From Takakia lepidozioides (lineage: Eukaryota > Plantae > Bryophyta): 64,000 nt of DNA. The notes below the pieces were generated by a model. The model was given only the letters and a program-made list of their open reading frames with translations. It was not told where the DNA came from and ran no database searches. The DNA lies in the NCBI GenBank assembly GCA_030704615.1, contig CM060731.1, positions 4,836,001 through 4,900,000 on the forward strand, given 5' to 3'. Of this stretch, positions 13,597 through 26,499 are shown in pieces (position 1 is the stretch's first letter; every line of letters starts with the position of its first letter). A program made the translations under genes and the position numbers.

Positions 13597-15119
13597 CACT
13601 AGAAGCATTCGTGTCATTTACCACTGGGGTAACGACTCATTTTGAGTCGTAAAAGTCAAAAAACTGGGATCGACTGGAAGTTACAACAGACTAGTTACAA
13701 CAGACGTGGTAGTTGGGTTGGACATCCAATGATTGGAGTGGTAAAGGACGCAGACGCGCGAACAACTGCTCAGCGATTAATGCGATTAATGCTGAAGAAC
13801 CACGTGGCATAACCAGGCGGGCCGCCCGTGTGTCTGACCTTTTGGGCTGACTTTGACTTTTCCCTCCGGATGAGTGGACCGACTCATTGAAGCGCGGTGA
13901 CACATGGACGCGGACGTGGACGACGATGTGGATGCCGACGTGGCGGCGCCACGACGAGCACCACTGCTGCCACGTGGTAGTAGACCACATAACTTGCAGT
14001 GCTACATGCCCATTAGCAATTGCGACTGCGGAAGTTGGCGCAACCACTGCTTTACTACTTTACATGAAGTGCTCAAAATTACTTGAACAATCATTCATAG
14101 TGATTCATGCTTTGGAGTCTTGGTGTTTGTAGTGAGTCGACTAGTAATGCCATACAAGAGAACTAATCATGCATTAGAAATGCACAAACGATCATCCTTG
14201 CCTTGCTGCTAGTAGCTGACAATGACAACCTACATTTGTTCTAGGAAACACCCAACTCAGCTTATCACACTAGTTCCTATGCTCAATTGCATCTGCTACT
14301 CTCTGAAATGTAGCAGGCATTCACCTTTTTGCCTCGGTTGTCCCATCATTGACTGGGGGCAGAAAAGTATTCATTCCACAGCTTCTCCTCATGTCTGTTA
14401 CTTGTTTTTTGATACTTTCATGTTGTCACATAGCAGTATCATGTCAAAGTCACTCTAAACTAGATTCACTCAACCAGTTCACTTGCATAATTCAACATGG
14501 AAATTTTGGACCGATTCTAATAAGAGGGAAAAACAGGGTGAAATGTGCTGAAGAAGATGCCTTCATTAACAATGTCTGATTTTATCAATTGTGCCATTGC
14601 TGCCAGTTGACCATCTACCCATGCAGGTTTCTTGTAGCTTCATAGTTAATCTGGAGCTTGAAGTCTGGCCCTCTTGGGTGAATCTGCACCCACACTCTAT
14701 CCTTGCTCCTTCAACTATCCATGCCTCGCACGAATCATGCATACAGTTGACGACGACAGCCTAGACTTGTTCTAGGAAGCACCCAACTCAACTTATCACA
14801 CTAGTTCCTACGCTCAATTGCATCTGCTACTCTCTATAATCCAACAAACATTCACCTTCTTGCCTCTATTGTCCCACCATTGATTGGGGTCAGAAAAATA
14901 TTCATTCCACAACTTCTCCTTGTTTGTGTTACCTGTTTCTGATACTTTCCTGTTGTCACATTGGCAGAATCATGTCAAAGTCACTCCAAACTATCAAAGC
15001 TTCACTCAACCAGCTAACTTGCAGAATTCAGACATGGAAAATTAGGGGCGATTCTGATAAGAGGGGAAAACAAAGTGAAATTGAAGAAGGTGCCTTCATT
15101 AGCCGTCATTACACTCTAT

Positions 15120-15270
15120 CCTTCGCTCAGCCATATTGTTGAACACTCCCTGTCCACAAGGGTATTGTTGAGAATGACATCTGCCACAATTCCAGCTTTG
15201 ACGATGCAACCATGGACCTCTTTGCCCTTCCCCAGCAGGCTCGCACATGCACTACAAACGCAAACAACTG
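15120..15270 (-). pseudogene. Captured PLS-class PPR gene fragment
   Basis: Near-duplicate of 17845-17990; encodes CVCSACASLL.KGKEVHGCIVKAGIV.DVIL. Confidence 0.75.
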
Positions 15271-17699
15271 GTTATGGCAAACTGGGAGCAACATGTGTCA
15301 GAAGAAACCACTTATACAAATCTACAGCTTACAGGCTGTCTCTATCCTCAAAATTGGCAGCACATCACCCGCTGCTATGACATATATTGCCCTAGACACA
15401 CATTGCCCTAACTGCCATCCCTCGAGATGCTACCCCCACCAGACTTCTCTCACTTGGGTCCTTGCAAGGCTGACTTCCAGCTTTGACTCTGTGCATGGGG
15501 CCTATCGGACAACATACACCAGCAAGCCCTCCCCTTATCCTGCATCAATTCATCTCAGTCTTATCAACTGCACAACGTATGATGGGAGTGAGTGCAACAT
15601 GGGAAAGAGCCACAACACATGATGAGCTGTAGGGAAGAAGCAACATCGTGCAAGTAAAACAAATGATGAAGCAGAAAGACGAGGCAACATGGGAGAAGGG
15701 AAAATGGGGTCCAAGGGCTGAGAAGGTCAACTGGTCAACAATGAGGAATTGGCTCTGGAGCACTATGTTGATGATTAAAGGGAGCAGCAAATACATGTGG
15801 GGCATCGCAGCAAGTGCATGCCAACGAGGGTCAGAATAGTGCAAGAAAGACTCCACGGATGGTGGGCAGCCAAGGGAGATGCAGTGAGACAAGGCACTCA
15901 TGGCAAGGGAGCTGCCAAGACAAAACTGTTGATTAGGCTACGGAGAAAGACTGCTGCAAAGAGGTACAAAGACAGGAGCTGAGAATGAGATGTTGCCTTT
16001 CGTTGAAGTTCCCCACACAAGGGCTGTTTGGCAAGCAAAACCCCAGGCAAGGATGAGAGGTGAATCTAGGATAAAACCAGCAGCTGGGAGTGAGGAAAGA
16101 CACAAGGAAGGGCAACAATACCTTGTCAAATCTGAGGGTGATGGCTGGAGAAAATTAAACAAGGACTGGAAGTATGGGAGCAGCTTGAGAGGCTGAAGAG
16201 TGAAAGGGAGGAAGACAGGCACCTCGCTTATGAAAAGTGGAAGGGCATGGTAGAAAACCTGATGCCTGAAATTGATGGGAGCTCGTGGGAGACTCTGCCA
16301 AGAAGACTCCAATCAGCTGTTGCCAACAATCGGACCAGTGAAAGATCACCCTTGGCTGGCGCAACACCACAAAATAAGTGCAGCCCTGATAGCATGGTGA
16401 GTGGGGCACCAACAGAGCCAAAAAATGAGGGAGAAGGAGGAGACTTCCCTGCCAAGAAAGTCAATGCGGGCCTGTAGTGGCATGCAAGGAAAGGGACACC
16501 GTAAGTGTTGCCAACAGATGTAAATCAGTGCTCATTCATTCGAAAGCACCACGGGAGATGAAGGAAAAGACACCTGCAGGGACGTTGAAGCATAAAAGAG
16601 GAGAGCACTTCACTTGGGAAGAAAGTGAAGCATTGGAGAACGAGGGTGATGACTGGCAGTCTGAAAAGGAAAGGCGGTTGTGGGAAACCCTGCCAAGACC
16701 CAAGACAACCATATAGAGAGAATCAAGCAGGTGGGAACTGCCCTTCATTGGGGTGGTGCAAACAAGAGCAAGACCAGAAGCTGAACTACATGAGAAGATA
16801 GTGTGTCATCAAAGATGGAGACCCTGGAAAATGCTCTGCCCAGGAGATGAAGAACATTAGGCAACTAGAAACGTGGGGGGCTGAATATGCTCTGCAGTCA
16901 ACTTGGCTTGTTGAATGCTTCCATAAGAGATGAGGGGTTGCTGTCAGTACACGGCATTGAGTTCATCAAATCCTACAACAGCCCACCATCGCTGCCCACT
17001 GCTTACAAACTGCCACAAAAACAGTTTCACAGGACTTACAGATGATTGGTGGAAGGCAAGGCCCCTCGCCATGGGCCAGATTAATTGTATGTTGCAGCCC
17101 AGAACAACGACGGGAAGTCATCTAGGGCAGCAAACCCCATCTTGGCAGCGTCTTTTGTGTGAGAGAAGTCAAGCTCAACCTGCTCATCATATCGAGTGGG
17201 ATGGACCAGATGTAAAGCTGCCAAGCCAACCACACTCATATTCGCACTCAAGCAACATAAGCTGGAGTCATTTTCAGATTATGAGTACCCGTGTTTTAAG
17301 AATACTCCTTCTTCAACTTGCGGTGAACGGGCAGAAAACTTCACAATGTGCAGGAGATTAATGGACCAAGATGCGGAGCTGAATTGGGTATCCAATTAGG
17401 CAATGCTGGTTTCAAAACCCCGTTCCATCCCTGCGTTTCGAAGATCTGGCTTGAATGGGCACACTCCGGCAGTGGAAGGCTCACGGAGTAATGAGTTTGG
17501 GCTGATATGCATGCTGACATGCCATGCCGGTGCAAAGAACAACGTTCTGAGTGGCAATTGTCATCTCAAAACCTGCCCCTGCATTCAAGCTGATTTCTCT
17601 CTCGAGCAGAGCCGCCTTGTGGATGTTCCAGCCAGTGTCCAAAAACAGCTCAAGTGCAAGACAACAACATCAGCAAGGCATGGTTAGCTAAGCAAGGTC

Positions 17700-18500
17700 A
17701 TGGTGGAGAGGCATTTGAACTCTCTGAACGTAATGTGGTCGGACTTCACCCCCTCCCACATCAACTGCTCATAGGTCTCCAAAACCTGCAATCCCTGCCC
17801 CTGTTGTGCATGTCCTGCGATAATCACTTTCCACGACACCACATTTCGCTCAGCCATATTGTTGAACACTCCCTATCTAGAAGGGTATTCATGTTCAGAA
17901 TGATATCTACCACAATTCCAGCTTTGACGATGCAACCATGGACCTCTTTGCCCTTCTCCAACAGGCTCGCACATGCACTACAAACACAAACAAAGGTAAT
18001 GTGCTCGGGCTTCACCCCCTAGACCCACATCATTTGCTCATAGGTCTCCAAAACCCGCAATCCCCGCCCATGTTGTGCATGTCCTGCGATCATCACGTTC
18101 CACCACACCACATTTCGCTCAGCCATATTGTTTAACACTCCTTGTCCACAAGGGAATGCTCCCACGTTTGGCATACATGTCGACGAGGTATTGTTACATC
18201 TGGTACAGTACCAGCTTTGACAATGTCACGATGGACCTCTTTGCCCTTTACCAAGTCTCCAGGGCTGCCAGGTTTGCACATGCATTACAAACACAAATGA
18301 ACGTGACCCGGTCAGGCTGCACCTCTTCTCAACATTTGCTCATATGTCTCCAATGCCCTCATCCCGCACACATGCTGGCCATATCTTGCGAGATTCAGCG
18401 TGTTCCTTGAGACAACATCTTGTTCAGCCATGTTATCAAACTCTCCCTTCGCAACTTCATAGGTCTCCAAAGCCTCCATCCTGCTGTGCATACCCTGCAA
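17700..18500 (-). pseudogene. Captured PLS-class PPR repeats (several degenerate P-L-S units)
   Basis: MFNNMAERNVVSWKVIIAGHAQQGQGLQVLETYEQLMWEGVKSDHITF; KPEHITFVCVCSACASLLEKGKEVHGCIVKAG; NTSSTCMPN/NLVDMYAKRG-type segment. These are typical RNA-editing-factor PPR motifs. Confidence 0.88.
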
Positions 18501-19386
18501 GCATCGCACTCCACGACACTACATCTCGGCAAAACAGGCTGAAATAGCTCGAAGAAGAAGGTGCCCTCACCACATTGTCCTCTACCTTGTGTCATGACCC
18601 ATTGCAGATTAGACTGACCATGAACCCAAGAAGACCTCTTGTGCGTGCTGCTTGTATCTCTAGTCAGGTAATGTGGGATTGGTTCGTAAGAACCACCACG
18701 GTGCAGCTGAGCGGGCAGAGATTAAAATATGGGTTGCTAAGACCAAGCTGATTCCCCCAAGAACCTTGTGATCATCAGGAAGAATACCAAATCATGGTAC
18801 AAAGGGGAGCCAAGAACCCACATTTGCACATAATGCGCCCTTGACGCCATAAACGCTTGCAACAACAGGACATGAGCCTCGATTTGGTCTTCGTCCTTCT
18901 CGCATCACTTGTTCGTCTCTCTCTCAAGCCTCCATCCCTCTCCCAACACTTAGACAAATTCAGGCAAAGGACAAAGTTGCTCTTCCACCCTTAGATCATT
19001 TTACATCCGACGATTAGAACAATCTCTACGAGCCACACAAGCCCTAAAATACATTAAAATATTCCACATCATGAGCCATGTGGAGCACTTATAAAAATTC
19101 CATTTTTGAATAGGGTGTGCAATGAATGCCTAGTTGTTAAGAGTCATTCTCTAGTGCTTAAAACCACTTGTAATTGCTGTTTAAAAAAAAAAAACAATTT
19201 ACGTAATTGAATTAAATCGCCGCGAATATTGTGCCGACTGCGGAGTCATTGATGCAACTTCTATCCGCCATTAGAAATGTGAATTTATCCGTTACGACTG
19301 TGCAGTAGTAACAAACATCTCAAAGTTGTTCCCTCAGTGGTTTTGGACATGCAGTCGATTCGGAAAAGACACGAATGCTTCTAGTG

Positions 19387-20885
19387 CTTCTACCAGGCTC
19401 GGCGAACATGCCACAAGCACAAGAAAGCAGCACAATCCCCCCAAACAGATATGTTCTCTTATCAGGTAGGTAAACTGAAATTCATGTGTAACCAAGAGAT
19501 CATGGTAGGCATATTGCCTGAGTTCATGGACGTACCTAATGGCAGCAATTTCAGCATCAGTGTCATCCACAATAAATGCATTGGGAGTACGCCAGTCTAC
19601 TTGCGGACTTGTCATTTGTTTGTTTAGTGCCTCCATCCAAGGCGTCAGATCGATGGTTTTGCACCTTGCAGTGATAATGTAAGCCACTGGAATACCATTC
19701 AGCCAGTCGTCGAATACCATCATGGTATATAACGGGTACTGCAACAACAATCATGTGTAACTGAAGTGACTTGAAAGGAAATGGTTGCAAAACAAAGTAC
19801 TTCTCATGAAGAACGTAATTTGTCATGCTTTCAAGAAATTCGGGTTAACAATTTGACGAACCTTCTTTTCATTCGTTCCAAAGGTTGCATCACAAGCAAC
19901 TATGCAACGATGGCCGTGTTTGAGCATCTGTTTTCTCTGCCAAGCACAAATGGAAGGTCGAGTTTTCTGTCATTCAACGTCCAAGCAGGGTGATTAGACT
20001 CTTCCTGGTAGTAGAAAAACGCTTCTTGGGTTTTCATGCACCCACATTTGGACACTTTGTGCATCATTGGAGTGCTTTTTGAATGTTTCTTCATCGCACT
20101 TGTTGGCAATATTTCGGATGTCATTTGAAAGAAGGAAGGTGTCACGAGTAACCTCGAACCCCCCATCCATGATTTCCCTCACCCTCTGCGTGTGCTTGGC
20201 CATTATCTTGTTGATGCTTAGTCCGAGACGGAGGTTGTGTAACACCCATGATTTCATCTCATCGCTCAGGTGGGGAGCTACTGAAACGCGACCTACTTGA
20301 TGCGCAGGTCCATGGCAGACCTGTCCAGCCCCATTCACATGTGTCTTTTCATAATAGACCAGCTCTGCAATATCAAGGTCCACATAGCATTGCTTTACTA
20401 CAAACATGCACATGCATCCCCTCTTGATGCCTTCCCCCGATTTTGTTTGTGTGGTCCTCATTTGTTTTGGCGTTGCTTCAGTGGAAGCGGTTGTGGCTCT
20501 TGGCTTCCTCCCCTTCTTCTTTGCAGGCTTCACTCGGCGTTTCTTGTGTGCCATTGCAGGGGTAACCTCCAAGAGGGAACTAGTTTTGTCCTGTGGACCA
20601 TATGAGCAGTGATACCTACAATAACAAAAAAACAATCCGTTACTATGACACCAAGGGGATTCAGGCACTCGGACATTCATGGAAATCATTCAGTAGCCTT
20701 TGCAACACATGACCTGCAACCCAATGTACCTTGTTGTAGTCCTGGCACTGTTGCTGCGAGGAGCTAAGAGAGACCCCTTTGGATGGCATCTTTGCTGATG
20801 CCTGCTGAAAGTGCATGGGCCATCTGAACGAGAAGACTCCCCTGTAATGAAATCAACAACTCGATTCCAGGGAATGTAGGCGAGT
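19387..20885 (-). pseudogene. MULE transposase (same gene as 12439-13596), N-terminal and catalytic part; extreme 5' end missing
   Basis: LAYIPWNRVVDFITGES...YHCSYGPQD...KRGCMCMFVVK...HVNGAGQVCHG (WRKY/FAR1-like Zn finger), CDATFGTN (D1), YPLYTMMVFD...GIPVA, FIVDD (D2), CLWH. Intron-containing. Confidence 0.88.
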
Positions 20886-22219
20886 CATGACATATTTGTG
20901 GCAGAAATGCCATTTGCAGTCGTAAATGCCTTTGAAGTCATAACACAGATCACGACGAAGCCGTTTATGCGACTGTATGACTCCGAACTTTGCGCAACAC
21001 AGGTCAAACAAGTTTGACCAGGAATATGGCGGATTTGACTACCAGTCAGGGTCATGCCCATACTAGAATGACGTGTGCATATTGCTAGACGGACATATGA
21101 CTTCATGACTGCCACTCTAATGCATTCTGCCAGATCATCACATGCCGTCATGACATGGTGAGTCTGTGACATGGAACAACTTATGAGGTGTCTACATATG
21201 ATTGGTTAAGTGGTTTTGATATTGTGGTGCGGGGGATGCAAGTGAAGGGAACGGTTGCACACGAAGCAGATTAGTAGGCCGTTTGCGCTTTGTGGAGAAG
21301 AATGGAACGTGAAGCCAACATGCTAGAGAGGTGATCTGGAACCGCACGCTGTTTGTGACATTACGTTTAAATGGTGGCGTGCATTTCAGTGTTTGTTGAT
21401 TGCGGACAACATCAAAAGCAAGCCTCATACTGCGGAATGACAGACGAACTGTAAATGATGCATTCAGGGGATAGGCAAATTCATGCAAGTCATTCAATTC
21501 ACTCATGAGAGTGATGCAAAACATTGCTCAACAAAAGTCTCTGAGCAGTGACCAAGAACACCAACAAAATATAAAATCCAGTACACTCTAACATATCGCC
21601 CTGTGCATGCCGTCCCTGCGCTCAACGCCGTGTGGTAGTGGAATAGAAGCTTGGCAATACGGTCTGTTCAGATCCACCCAATCGCACGCCAGAACATGGC
21701 CCAGCTGAAAATTGGGTTTGATTGATGAAATAATATTAAGTTTGCCATGGGGGGGTGTTCTAAGAATGGGAGTGCCCATGAATTCAGCTTCTTGTATGAT
21801 AAAACAACTGAGATAATAGCTCATGTTGTTCTCTCTAATGTACATATCCCCAATGACCGAGGTTTGCTATTTCATGAGCATGAGCGGCATGAGCGGAGTA
21901 GTAAGACAATCGCTTTTCATGAGCAGAAGTACAAATTTCGAAAATAAAAAACAATAAAAAACAATAATTTAATGCAATGTGTCAGGAAAAACAAATATAT
22001 TATTCGGCCCCTTGAAGGGAAAATTGCAGTTTTGACAGTTGTGCTCATGATATTTCGTCTTCCGCTCATGCCAATTCCCAGCGACATGTGCAAATATGGC
22101 GCCGAATTTCGCGGTAATAGGGTCTGTAACCTGAAAAAACGGCGACGTATTTCGCGGTAATAGGTCTCTCTGGCGAAAAATGGTGCCGAATTACGCGGCT
22201 ATAGGTCCCCTCATGACAG

Positions 22220-22455
22220 GTAATTCGGCGCCATTTTTCCAGTGCATGTTCGGACTTAGCCAGTTTTCGGCACAAAATAGGGAAATTCGGCGCCATTTTT
22301 CCAGACACGGTACCAGTGCATGTTGGGACTTAGCCAGTTTTCGGCCCAAAAAAGAGAAATTCGGCGCCATTTTCCCAGACACAGATACCAGTGCATGTTG
22401 GGACTTAGCCAGTTTTCGGCCCCAAAAAGAGAAATTCGGCGCCATTTTTCCAGAA
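22220..22455. repeat. Three tandem ~74-76-bp repeats containing GGACTTAGCCAGTTTTCGG and GAAATTCGGCGCCATTTT
   Basis: Units start at ~22239, 22313 and 22389; motifs are shared with the arrays at 26500-28500 and 32020-32880. Confidence 0.9.
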
Positions 22456-22608
22456 ATGGCCCCACAACTGCTTCTGTTGGATCTCAGTTTGAATGGAATA
22501 TTGCCTCATTCCAGGAGTTTTGGGGTGCATTTCATTACACTGCAAAAAAAAGTCTGATACAGCAAAATGCAATTGAAAATATCCATATGGAGGATTCCCT
22601 TTGCCCCA

Positions 22609-25600
22609 TCAATGATTTCTGGAATCCCTAAGGAGGAGTTTGTGCAACTCATTCACGCTCAACGCCGGTGCATGAATAAAGTCATCAATAGTCACGTTCA
22701 TCCTCAACCTCTTCAGGTAAATGTAATACAGATGCTTGCACGGATAATACTTCGAACCCTTCTTTGCTTCCATCAACGAGAAGTCCGTACAATTGCAAGT
22801 CGGCTCCATTCCAATCGTAATTGTGTATACATCGTCGCGTACAGCCGAGCCGGCCGTTGCCATCCGATACACACGCCCAAGGCCGGGTGGGGGTACGTCC
22901 ACGGAGCTCTGAATAGTGCAAGCCATCCCAAGAGCATTGGCAATCCGAGTCTCATTCAACTTGTTGGGAGGGTGTCGTCTCTTCACTCTTCTGAATCGCA
23001 TTGTGGGATGTGCAGAATTGTCCAATCCGTCTCTACTGGACCAAGCAGTCTGCAATGGCTGGGTCTGAGGAACCGGAAATGCGTGGGCCGGGATGTCTGT
23101 GCGTTGCACCATTCGAAATCCTGCTGCAGATAGAGCATCCGCCTCATTCTGAGAGAGGCTGCAACCCGGTGCAACAGGCCAGACGCTCGGAGGCTCCGGC
23201 ATTCCCTGAATCCTGTACTTGGGTTTGCCAAATACACAGGTCATTATGTCGTGCCTACAGAACCAAAATGTCTGCGTTGTGGCGTGAGCAAATGTGGGAG
23301 TCAAAAATCTGCCGCTGAAACAAGGTGCAGGTACAGCACCGTGTGGGTTCCTCCGAATCATCTCACCACAGCGTGCTCTCGTATCCACCCGGATGGCGCA
23401 GCACTTCCCTCGAAATGCCGGCAATGTCCTCGCAATTCTCCATTGTGACTCCGACACTCTTGTCTCCACAATGGGAATGTTGTACTGCTTTACTACAGAT
23501 GGCTCGTTATGTTGCCGGGGCACGCGCCCTGTGCTCAAAGGAGATGGCGATCTTGAACGTGCAGGACTTGCGGTGCTCGACGAGACCTCCTCGGGCAACA
23601 TCACCGGACCACAAGGGAGTGTGCGAATATTCTTGTCAGCTCGCCATGAATCCTCTTCTCCGCCAGGTGCCTCGTCAAGTCTTCGTCTCACTGGATGGGT
23701 ATGAACATCTCCTTCCAAATGTTGGCCTCTTCGCAGCAATGGCGTGTCCCGAATGCCCTCTCGCAAGGCCGCCGCCCACTTCCGAGGATTCTTCGATCTA
23801 GAGGCAGTCCGCATCAGCATTTCCTGCCTGTCCGGCCCCAAGCCCCACTATTTCCCTTTCAAGAACTCGTTGTACCTGGATTGCTGCATAATTGACCTCG
23901 CAATGTCCTCCGTTGTGGCAGTGAGGATGTCCACCAGATGCGCCACAGAGGAGGCACGCCAGGAAGAGTGCACTGATTCGGCCATGTTTGTCGTGGGCAT
24001 GTCGGTGTCGGAGTCGAGACACATTTCCTGCACAAGCACATATTGAGGTTACAAGCAAGTTACAAATATGGCCAAGAATAATATTCAACGGGACGCGAAT
24101 TCGTGCAACTCACCTCCCGCATATAGTCGCCGAACTGGATGAAACGATAATGCCACCATGCTAGCCAACTGACCATTGCTCCCTCGTCTGATTTCCTTAC
24201 AGCACCTGACGATGTCCACCAAGCCCGTATACATGCAAACTGTGTCTCTGCATCATCCAAGGTGGGAGCGCGCTTCCACGCAAGGCACATGGAACGGTGC
24301 TCCTCTCTGAAATCTGGCGCCACGAGCTTGGTTGTGTACTGCGAAAGGCTCTGCAGAAAATGGAACCCACAAGATCTCTCATTGCCTTCCATGGGAACAT
24401 TGGGGTCTTGCCCGTACACCCTTCGGATGGCAGCCCAATTTGCTTGTGCGTTGTCCGCCATGAAACCACGGAAATTGGGGGGGCAATCCCGCCTTGGCCA
24501 TCTGTTCGTTTATTCCCTGCCAAAGAAGCATCTCCGATTGTGTGTCCTCTCCTTTCATCTCACAAATAGCAATTGTCATTAGCATCCTGCAGTGGGTGTC
24601 GTAGACATGTGCACCCATTGTTACCCACTGGTGATTTGTAATTCGTTTGATATGGTCGAACATGACCCAACTGTTTGACAAGTCCCCACTCGTCATCCTG
24701 TCGACCAGTTCGACGCCGCTGCCAGGTCTACACGTGGACATTTTGAATACGAAAACAACGATCTGCCTCAGTCCCTTGTCCTGGAAACCTACTTCCATGA
24801 ATGTAGTCATATCCACATCGTTGCTGCACCTCCAGAATGGAGTGCATATCCGAGCCACGCCCAATTTTCTGTTTGCATGAGACAATGTGGTTTCGGACAT
24901 TCGGTGAACATATGTGGGACACCGACTCCAGCAATGCCTCCATTTTCTATCGAGAGGAACTCTATCGGAGCCGTCTTCCGACATAATTCTGGCCAATGCC
25001 ATCTTATGGGCGGCTTGGAGCTGTATCTGTTTGGGTTTGGCACCCGGTCTCAACTTAAACCTCCTCCTGAACGAGCTGCTCTGCCTCGTGGGCAGCCTCC
25101 CGCGAGTTCCCCCTCGCCAATTTGTGACAATGGGAACCAACGTGTATGCAAGCTCGGGTGAGGTCAGGGAAACGGTGCAACACATAGAACTGCTTGGCAT
25201 TACAAACAGACATGCAGTGTGGTGGTTCTTTGCAATGCGCACACTTAAATGTCGAGTTCGGAACCTTCTCCTGAGCTCGAAATGGTTGATGAGCTGTGCC
25301 TGTCCAATCGGTCTCGTTTCTGTGACCTCTGGATTTAAAGTGGAAGCAAGTTGGGGAGAAACACCGCAACGCGCCCGCACAAACAACGTAGCGCACCCGC
25401 ACACCATCGAGCATCTTCATGCTGGTGGTTTTGGTAACGCACCAAGGATGACCGTCATGTTTTCTATCCATATCTGTCAACATTCCGGACGCCCTCGAGT
25501 AGTCCGCCCGAGGAGGGAACTCAAAGAAGATATTACCGTCGACGTCGGCGGGAAGGCATGTAACCGATTTAATTGCGAACTTGCTGTAGTCCAGCCCGGC

Positions 25601-26316
25601 CAGCTCCGACCGGTGTCCCTCCAGGTGAAGCCCTCGCAGAATTTCAAGAATAGATCGAACTGCGGTGCTCGTGCTGGGAATATGACTCCCTCCTCCACTG
25701 ACGTCCATTGAGGACTTGCCTGATCTCCAAGACGACCTCGGAACTTCCATGACCTCGTCTGAGTCGGACAGGTTGTGAACAACCCGGTTCTCGCTCGTCT
25801 TCATGGATGGGTTCGGCTCTGGATTTACTTCGTTGCGGACTTCTCTCTTTTGAGGTAGCCACTCTCTGATTCGCGGATTGTTTCGTGGAAGGCGGCAGGA
25901 TAGAAGGTGCATTTGGCGGGCAAATGAAGTCCCCAACAGCCCTGTATATGACGCTGTCCGATGGTGGAACTCGCCATTCCCTGCCATCGCCGAAATCATC
26001 GTGGAGCACAACAATACTCTCGACAACAAGGCCGTTTGAGTCCTTCCTTTCCTCCTCCAAAAAAACCGACCCCGGTTTCAGGTGGTATCGAACGCACAAA
26101 TATTTCTCCATCACCGGCAGATGTCCCCTCTGCACGGAAATGAAGCTCTATGCTCGTGAGGAGGGCAGTACACTGTAGCGCTCGGGTTTTCCACCATGGG
26201 AGATGTGCACACAAGACTGCCAGGATGGCGTGCGGGGAAGCTCCCTGGTAGAAGGGGGATGCAGCGATGGGAAGGAATGCGGTGCCGATTTGTCCGAGCG
26301 ACGAAGCCTGATCCAA
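22609..26316 (-). pseudogene. MULE-family DDE transposase with N-terminal WRKY/GCM-like Zn domain and C-terminal SWIM finger
   Basis: MDRKHDGHPWC..CAGALRC..C..CAHC..C..C..HVGSHCH; WVMFDH (D1); FMADNAQANW (D2); ERSCGFH (CxxH); PTTNMAESVH (E); CNCTDF..CKHLYYIY (SWIM). One in-frame stop (~23848) and frameshifts at ~25050 and ~24480. Confidence 0.88.
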
Positions 26317-26499
26317 ATCCAGGGAGCCAACTATCTCAAAAATCCACAGTCAGAGTGTTAATGAACCTTGTCTCGGAATGCGGCCCCTGGTCTTTGCGCA
26401 ATAACTGCCAATGGTATGCAGTCAGTCAGAAAGTGGGGGGCCGTCCGGATGATGAGCGGCTGAAGGGGAGAAGGCAGCCACCGTGCCGTCACATTACTA

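Larger units (their letters stand above)
13597..19386. mobile_element. Non-autonomous CACTA element with captured cargo (Pack-CACTA B, 5790 bp) inserted in the MULE transposase
   Basis: 19-bp TIRs CACTAGAAGCATTCGTGTC at 13597 and ending at 19386. Flanks ATT/CTT form a 3-bp TSD with one mismatch. Excision rejoins CLWHVRRAW*K-NAAAKVKD. Confidence 0.9.
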
